Source of the DNA: Candidatus Omnitrophota bacterium
GTDB taxonomy: Bacteria > Omnitrophota > Gorgyraeia > Zapsychrales > JANLHA01
Length of the DNA: 64,000 bases
Assembly: GCA_963662715.1 (NCBI GenBank)
Contig: OY759724.1
Coordinates: 3,293,845-3,357,844 of the forward strand
Direction of reading: 5' to 3'
Position numbers and translations under genes: made by a program
Notes under the pieces: model-generated
What the model was told of the DNA's origin: nothing
Databases searched by the model: none
The model's input: only the letters and a program-made list of their open reading frames with translations
Shown here: positions 63,501 through 64,000 of the stretch, in pieces
Position numbering within the stretch: position 1 is the first letter of the stretch
How the letters are laid out: each line of letters opens with the position of its first letter

Positions 63501-64000
63501 TCCCCGTATCACTCAGCACATCTATGTCCGCCCAGTTGATTCCCGCGTCACTCAATACTTCTACGTCCAGCCAGTTTATCCCCGCATTCGTCATATCACC
63601 CATGCTCACCCAGTTCATCCCCGCGTCACTCATCACATCGATATCCTGCCAGTTTATCCCCGTATCACTTAACACATCGATATCCGCCCAGTTGATCCCC
63701 GCGTCACTTAACACATCCAGATCCAGCCAATTAATCCCCGTATCACTTAATACATCCAAATCCAACCAGTTAACCCCTGCATCACTCATCACATCCACAT
63801 CCAGCCAGTTGATCCCCGCGTCACTTAACACATCTATATCCGCCCAGTTGATCCCTGCTTCACTCATCACATCGATGTCCTGCCAGTTGATCCCTGCGTC
63901 ACTTAATTCCCCAATACTTTCCCAATTGATCCCCGCCGTTGTCATCTCCCCGATATTTTCCCAATTAATCCCTGATCTACTTAACTCACTGATATTCTCC
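45511..64000 (-). CDS. Giant repeat protein, 3' portion (at least 6160 aa here); the gene continues beyond the right window edge
   Basis: One minus-strand frame is open for 18.4 kb, whereas the antisense frames break into pieces of 2 kb or less. The body is about 450 tandem 13-aa units [LM]S[DES]xG[IV]NWx[DN][IV][DSG][EVD]. A unique ~270-aa C-terminal domain (coiled-coil-like, D/E/T-rich) leads in-frame to the stop at 45511. The repeat pattern continues unchanged to position 64000, so the true start lies outside the window. Confidence 0.85.
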   Translation of the reverse strand, partial: ENISELSRSGINWENIGEMTTAGINWESIGELSDAGINWQDIDVMSEAGINWADIDVLSDAGINWLDVDVMSDAGVNWLDLDVLSDTGINWLDLDVLSDAGINWADIDVLSDTGINWQDIDVMSDAGMNWVSMGDMTNAGINWLDVEVLSDAGINWADIDVLSDTGINWQDIDVLSDAGINWVSVNDLSDAGINWTDIDVMSDAGMNWVSMSDMTNAGINWLDVDILSDAGINWVDLDVLSDTGINWTDINALSEAGINWTDIDVLSDTGVNWQDIDVMSDAGMNWVSMSDMTNAGINWLDVEVLSEAGINWLDIDVLSDTGINWDDIDVLSDAGINWVSVNDLSDAGINWADIDVMSDAGMNWVSMSDMTNAGINWLDVDVLSDAGINWVDLDVLSDTGINWLDVDVLSDAGINWVSVNDLSEAGINWQDIDVMSDVGINWTNVSEMSTTGVNWLNIGELSTSGVNWENISEMSTTGVNWLNIGELSTSGVNWENISEMSDTGINWANIGEMSSNGINWINISEMSTTGINWESIGELSDAGINWADIDVLSDTGINWEDINVLSDAGINWVSVNDMSDAGINWQDVDVLSDAGINWTNVSEMSTTGVNWLNIGELSTSGVNWANISEMSDTGINWLNIGEMSSSGVNWANVSEMSTTGVNWLNIGEMSSSGVNWANISEMSTEGINWANIGELSDAGINWADIDVLSDTGINWEDINVLSEAGINWVSVNDMSDAGINWADIDVLSDAGINWQDVDALSDAGVNWLDLDVLSDAGINWVDLDVLSDTGINWQDINVMSDMGINWVSVNDMSDAGINWLDVDVMSDAGMNWVNMSDMTNAGINWQDVDVLSDAGVNWLDLDVLSEAGINWQDVDVLSDAGINWVSVNDLSDAGINWLDVDVMSEAGINWADIDVLSDAGVNWLDLDVLSEAGINWTDIDVLSDTGINWQDINVMSDMGINWVSVNDMSEAGINWADIDVLSDAGINWSGIDELSRAGVNWVDLGELTTAGINWEDIDVLSDAGINWEDIDVMSDAGMNWVSMSDMTNAGINWLDIDVLSDRGINWLNIGEMSSTGINWLNIGEMSSSGVNWENISEMSSTGINWANIGEMSSSGVNWENISEMSDTGINWENISEMSDTGINWENISELSRSGINWENIGEMTTAGINWESIGELSDAGINWQDIDVMSEAGINWADIDVLSDAGINWLDVDVMSDAGVNWLDLDVLSDTGINWLDLDVLSDAGINWADIDVLSDTGINWQDIDVMSDAGMNWVSMGDMTNAGINWLDVEVLSDAGINWADIDVLSDTGINWQDIDVLSDAGINWVSVNDLSDAGINWTDIDVMSDAGMNWVSMSDMTNAGINWLDVDILSDAGINWVDLDVLSDTGINWTDINALSEAGINWTDIDVLSDTGVNWQDIDVMSDAGMNWVSMSDMTNAGINWLDVEVLSEAGINWLDIDVLSDTGINWDDIDVLSDAGINWVSVNDLSDAGINWADIDVMSDAGMNWVSMSDMTNAGINWLDVDVLSDAGINWVDLDVLSDTGINWLDVDVLSDAGINWVSVNDLSEAGINWQDIDVMSDVGINWTNVSEMSTTGVNWLNIGELSTSGVNWENISEMSTTGVNWLNIGELSTSGVNWENISEMSDTGINWANIGEMSSNGINWINISEMSTTGINWESIGELSDAGINWADIDVLSDTGINWEDINVLSDAGINWVSVNDMSDAGINWQDVDVLSDAGINWTNVSEMSTTGVNWLNIGELSTSGVNWANISEMSDTGINWLNIGEMSSSGVNWANVSEMSTTGVNWLNIGEMSSSGVNWANISEMSTEGINWANIGELSDAGINWADIDVLSDTGINWEDINVLSEAGINWVSVNDMSDAGINWADIDVLSDAGINWQDVDALSDAGVNWLDLDVLSDAGINWVDLDVLSDTGINWQDINVMSDMGINWVSVNDMSDAGINWLDVDVMSDAGMNWVNMSDMTNAGINWQDVDVLSDAGVNWLDLDVLSEAGINWQDVDVLSDAGINWVSVNDLSDAGINWLDVDVMSEAGINWADIDVLSDAGVNWLDLDVLSEAGINWTDIDVLSDTGINWQDINVMSDMGINWVSVNDMSEAGINWADIDVLSDAGINWSGIDELSRAGVNWVDLGELTTAGINWEDIDVLSDAGINWEDIDVMSDAGMNWVSMSDMTNAGINWLDIDVLSDRGINWLNIGEMSSTGINWLNIGEMSSSGVNWENISEMSSTGINWANISELSDTGINWENISEMSDTGINWENISEMSDTGINWENISELSRSGINWQNIGQLSEAGINWMDIDVLSDTGINWQDINVMSDMGINWVSVNDMSDAGINWLDIDVMSDTGINWVEMNELTRSGINWSDLGVFTRAGINWTNIGDMSEAGINWNDIDVLSDTGINWVSMNDLSDAGINWLDIDVLSDAGINWLDIDVLSDTGVNWRDLGVLADAGINWVSVNDLSDAGINWDDIDVMSDRGINWTNISEMSTTGINWANVGEMSSRGVNWVNISEMSSTGINWANIGEMSSSGVNWENISELSDTGINWENISEMSTTGVNWANIGEMTTQGINWLNIGEMTEAGVNWTDIDVLSDAGINWLDVDVLSDAGINWADFDILSDAGINWLDVDVLSDTGINWVSVSDMSDAGINWLDIDVMSDAGINWLDVDVLSDTGINWQDLGVLSDAGINWVSVNDLSEAGINWQDIDVMSDRGINWTNISDMSATGINWVNIGEMTSSGVNWSNISELTTTGINWVNIGEMSSSGVNWENISEMSTTGVNWVNIGEMSSSGVNWENISEMSTGGINWLNIGELTETGINWLDIDVMSDAGINWLDIDVMSDAGINWLDIDVLSDTGINWQDINVMSDMGINWVNIGDMSATGINWVNIGEMTSSGVNWSNISELTTTGINWVNIGEMSSSGVNWENISEMSDTGINWENISELSDTGINWENISEMSDTGINWENISELSDTGINWMSIAELSDAGVNWQDINVMSDMGINWVSVNDMSEAGINWLDIDVMSDTGINWIGIDELSSSGVNWVDLGELTTAGINWKDLDVLTDTGINWLDIDVMSDAGINWVSVNDLSDAGINWLDVDVLSDTGINWTNMNDMSAAGINWTNIGELSSSGVNWENISEMSSTGINWENISELSDTGINWENISEMSDTGINWENISELSDTGINWENISEMSDTGINWENISELSDTGINWMSIAELSDAGVNWQDINVMSDMGINWVSVNDMSDAGINWLDIDVMSDTGINWIGIDELSSSGVNWVDLGELTTAGINWKDLDVMTETGINWLDIDVMSDAGINWVSVNDLSDAGINWLDVDVLSDTGINWTNMNDMSVAGINWTNIGELSSSGVNWENISEMSSTGINWENISELSDTGINWENISEMSDTGINWENISEMSDTGINWENISEMSSTGINWENISELSDTGINWMSIAELSEAGINWQDINVMSDMGINWVSVNDMSDAGINWLDIDVMSDTGINWVEMNELTRSGINWSDLGVFTRAGINWTNIGDMSEAGINWNDIDVLSDTGINWVSMNDLSDAGINWLDIDVLSDAGINWLDIDVLSDTGVNWRDLGVLADAGINWVSVNDLSDAGINWDDIDVMSDRGINWTNISEMSTTGINWANVGEMSSRGVNWVNISEMSSTGINWANIGEMSSSGVNWENISELSDTGINWENISEMSTTGVNWANIGEMTTQGINWLNIGEMTEAGVNWTDIDVLSDAGINWLDVDVLSDAGINWADFDILSDAGINWLDVDVLSDTGINWVSVSDMSDAGINWLDIDVMSDAGINWLDVDVLSDTGINWQDLGVLSDAGINWVSVNDLSEAGINWQDIDVMSDRGINWTNISDMSATGINWVNIGEMTSSGVNWSNISELTTTGINWVNIGEMSSSGVNWENISEMSTTGVNWVNIGEMSSSGVNWENISEMSTGGINWLNIGELTETGINWLDIDVMSDAGINWLDIDVMSDAGINWLDIDVLSDTGINWQDINVMSDMGINWVNIGDMSATGINWVNIGEMTSSGVNWSNISELTTTGINWVNIGEMSSSGVNWENISEMSDTGINWENISELSDTGINWENISEMSDTGINWENISELSDTGINWMSIAELSDAGVNWQDINVMSDMGINWVSVNDMSEAGINWLDIDVMSDTGINWIGIDELSSSGVNWVDLGELTTAGINWKDLDVLTDTGINWLDIDVMSDAGINWVSVNDLSDAGINWLDVDVLSDTGINWTNMNDMSAAGINWTNIGELSSSGVNWENISEMSSTGINWENISELSDTGINWENISEMSDTGINWENISELSDTGINWENISEMSDTGINWENISELSDTGINWMSIAELSDAGVNWQDINVMSDMGINWVSVNDMSDAGINWLDIDVMSDTGINWIGIDELSSSGVNWVDLGELTTAGINWKDLDVMTETGINWLDIDVMSDAGINWVSVNDLSDAGINWLDVDVLSDTGINWTNMNDMSVAGINWTNIGELSSSGVNWENISEMSSTGINWENISELSDTGINWENISEMSDTGINWENISEMSDTGINWENISEMSSTGINWENISELSDTGINWMSIAELSEAGINWQDINVMSDMGINWVSVNDMSDAGINWLDIDVMSDTGINWENISEMSSTGINWENISELSDTGINWENISEMSDTGINWENISELSDTGINWENISEMSDTGINWENISELSDTGINWENISEMSTTGINWVNIGELTTAGINWTSIGDMSESGINWSDIDVMSDKGINWTNVYDMSAAGINWVNIGELSSSGVNWENISEMSTTGINWENISELSDTGINWENISEMSDTGINWENISELSDTGINWENISEMSTTGINWANVGEMSSRGVNWVNISEMSSTGINWANIGEMSSSGVNWENISELSDTGINWENISEMSTTGVNWANIGEMTTQGINWLNIGEMTEAGVNWTDIDVLSDAGINWLDVDVLSDAGINWADFDILSDAGINWLDVDVLSDTGINWVSVSDMSDAGINWLDIDVMSDAGINWLDVDVLSDTGINWQDLGVLSDAGINWVSVNDLSEAGINWQDIDVMSDRGINWTNISDMSATGINWVNIGEMTSSGVNWSNISELTTTGINWVNIGEMSSSGVNWENISELSDTGINWQSISELSDTGINWENISEMSDTGINWTSIAELSDAGVNWQDINVMSDAGINWLDIDVLSDAGINWLDIDVLSDTGINWQDINVMSDMGINWVNIGDMSATGINWVNIGEMTSSGVNWSNISELTTTGINWVNIGEMSSSGVNWENISEMSDTGINWENISELSDTGINWENISEMSDTGINWENISELSDTGINWTSIAELSDAGVNWQDINVLSDMGINWVSVNDMSEAGINWQDINVMSDTGINWSHLGLMSTSGINWLDIDVLSDAGINWKDLDVLSEAGINWLDIDVMSSAAVNWYNIEELTSSGINWNDISSMSETGINWLSINEMSDAGINWIDLDVLSSQQINWTNISELSDSGVNWLSIDEMSSSNINWTNISEMSTQGINWSDIGRMSDIGINWNNINELSTTGINWTNIGELANAGINWESINDMSDAGVNWLDIGIMSGFGINWKDIDVLSDAGINWADIDVLSDSGVNWSSINMLSDAGINWLDIEVMSDVGINWQDLEVMTSRGINWTSIDLMSSTGINWDSIDSLSEAGINWDNVNEMSASGINWTNLGVLSSSGINWYDISTLTLAGINWEDMQTLTTSGVNWTSINDLTRAGINWNDMNSLSRAGVNWQDVGVMASAGVNWSSIGVLSGSGVNWLDIDVMSDAGINWQDLAVMSSAAVNWTDMSSMTNVAVNWLDLTEMTGAGVNWVDLGITSTAGINWSDLSAMTSANINWSDIAYLADNAQTLVANVASILTTVTTLNNNIGDPADTAADGTLFGLLNGLDVTALTTAIESLQDLDVTTLNDNITSLTTLIGTATDTSSADTVFGNLQEIIEYVDTLEVLVGIYEDDESSETVFGELSKLEEIKTNVDSAKSSAGAALTEAQSIRDELGAAGQSPDTYNKLKQLESTLTELKTSMTTISEEQVSANNVASQILSTLTNFVNEAAEALGLGDSDMTVEDLTEEEAGEDEKIYSKLDEINAKLNALKEAIETDEVVVKTWFESAE
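46330..64000 (-). repeat. 39-bp coding tandem repeat array (about 450 units) with superimposed ~3.43 kb near-identical higher-order repeats
   Basis: Exact 39-nt periodicity is visible, for example CTCACTGATGTTCTCCCAGTTGATCCCCGTGTCCGACAT. Positions 57101-60532 and 60533-63964 match at an offset of 3432 bp (88 x 39), and a third copy starts near 63913. A second higher-order family occurs around 46.5-57 kb (for example ~50.0 kb and ~53.5 kb). Confidence 0.9.

Noticed and set aside
46330-64000. Possibility that the 39-bp repeats form a CRISPR array or non-coding satellite
   Set aside because: There are no unique spacers between repeats, and the units are contiguous and in-frame. Amino-acid-level conservation (invariant G, N and W) with synonymous variation indicates coding selection.

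Overview
This 64 kb window reads as a bacterial segment from an uncultivated lineage: it holds a split transketolase, a rearranged F-type ATP synthase operon, a type II secretion (T2SS)-like operon with no secretin, and extreme repeat-built giant genes. No database search was possible, so the lineage is a guess and every call rests on motifs read from the translations.

The left third (1-27 kb) looks accessory.
- A partial IS256-family transposase runs off the left edge.
- Next comes a 2771-aa secreted RHS/teneurin-like polymorphic toxin. Its parts, in order, are a signal peptide, five near-identical 137-aa tandem domains, Ig-like and CarboxypepD_reg-like domains, an NHL beta-propeller, YD repeats, and the RHS core ending ...DPVNLIDSFGL, followed by a ~135-aa C-terminal tip and a small membrane-protein immunity candidate.
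- A sulfotransferase-like gene, transaldolase, a split transketolase and tRNA-Lys(CTT) follow.
- An NhaD-type transporter gene is interrupted by an insertion that carries an orphan RHS C-terminal tip, a candidate immunity ORF and an IS1182-family transposase.
- The rest of this third holds a Ca2+/Na+ antiporter, an S1 serine protease and several membrane proteins.

From 24.9 kb to the right edge, every gene lies on the minus strand in one roughly 39 kb co-directional array. Read 5' to 3' on that strand, the array is as follows.
- The giant gene is at least 18.4 kb and runs off the window. It is built almost entirely of about 450 tandem 13-aa (39-bp) 'xSxxGINWxxIxx' repeats, organised into ~3.43 kb near-identical higher-order units, and ends in a unique ~270-aa C-terminal domain.
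- A 460-aa secreted, membrane-anchored protein follows.
- The ATP synthase operon has the order alpha, epsilon, c, c', b-delta fusion, gamma, beta. No a-subunit is present and there are two c paralogs.
- The T2SS-like operon has the order gspE, gspF, a HEIGH Zn-metalloprotease, gspG, two minor pseudopilins, gspK, a GspL-like and a GspM-like gene, then TPR and coiled-coil proteins.
- There is no secretin gene in the window.
- The GspE ATPase carries a C-terminal PilZ domain.
- The GspM-like protein carries a ~500-aa Gly/Ser/acidic low-complexity insert.

A short hairpin-forming element, 'TTGCCCTGTCCC-N6-GGGGAC', recurs at the 3' ends of four minus-strand genes.
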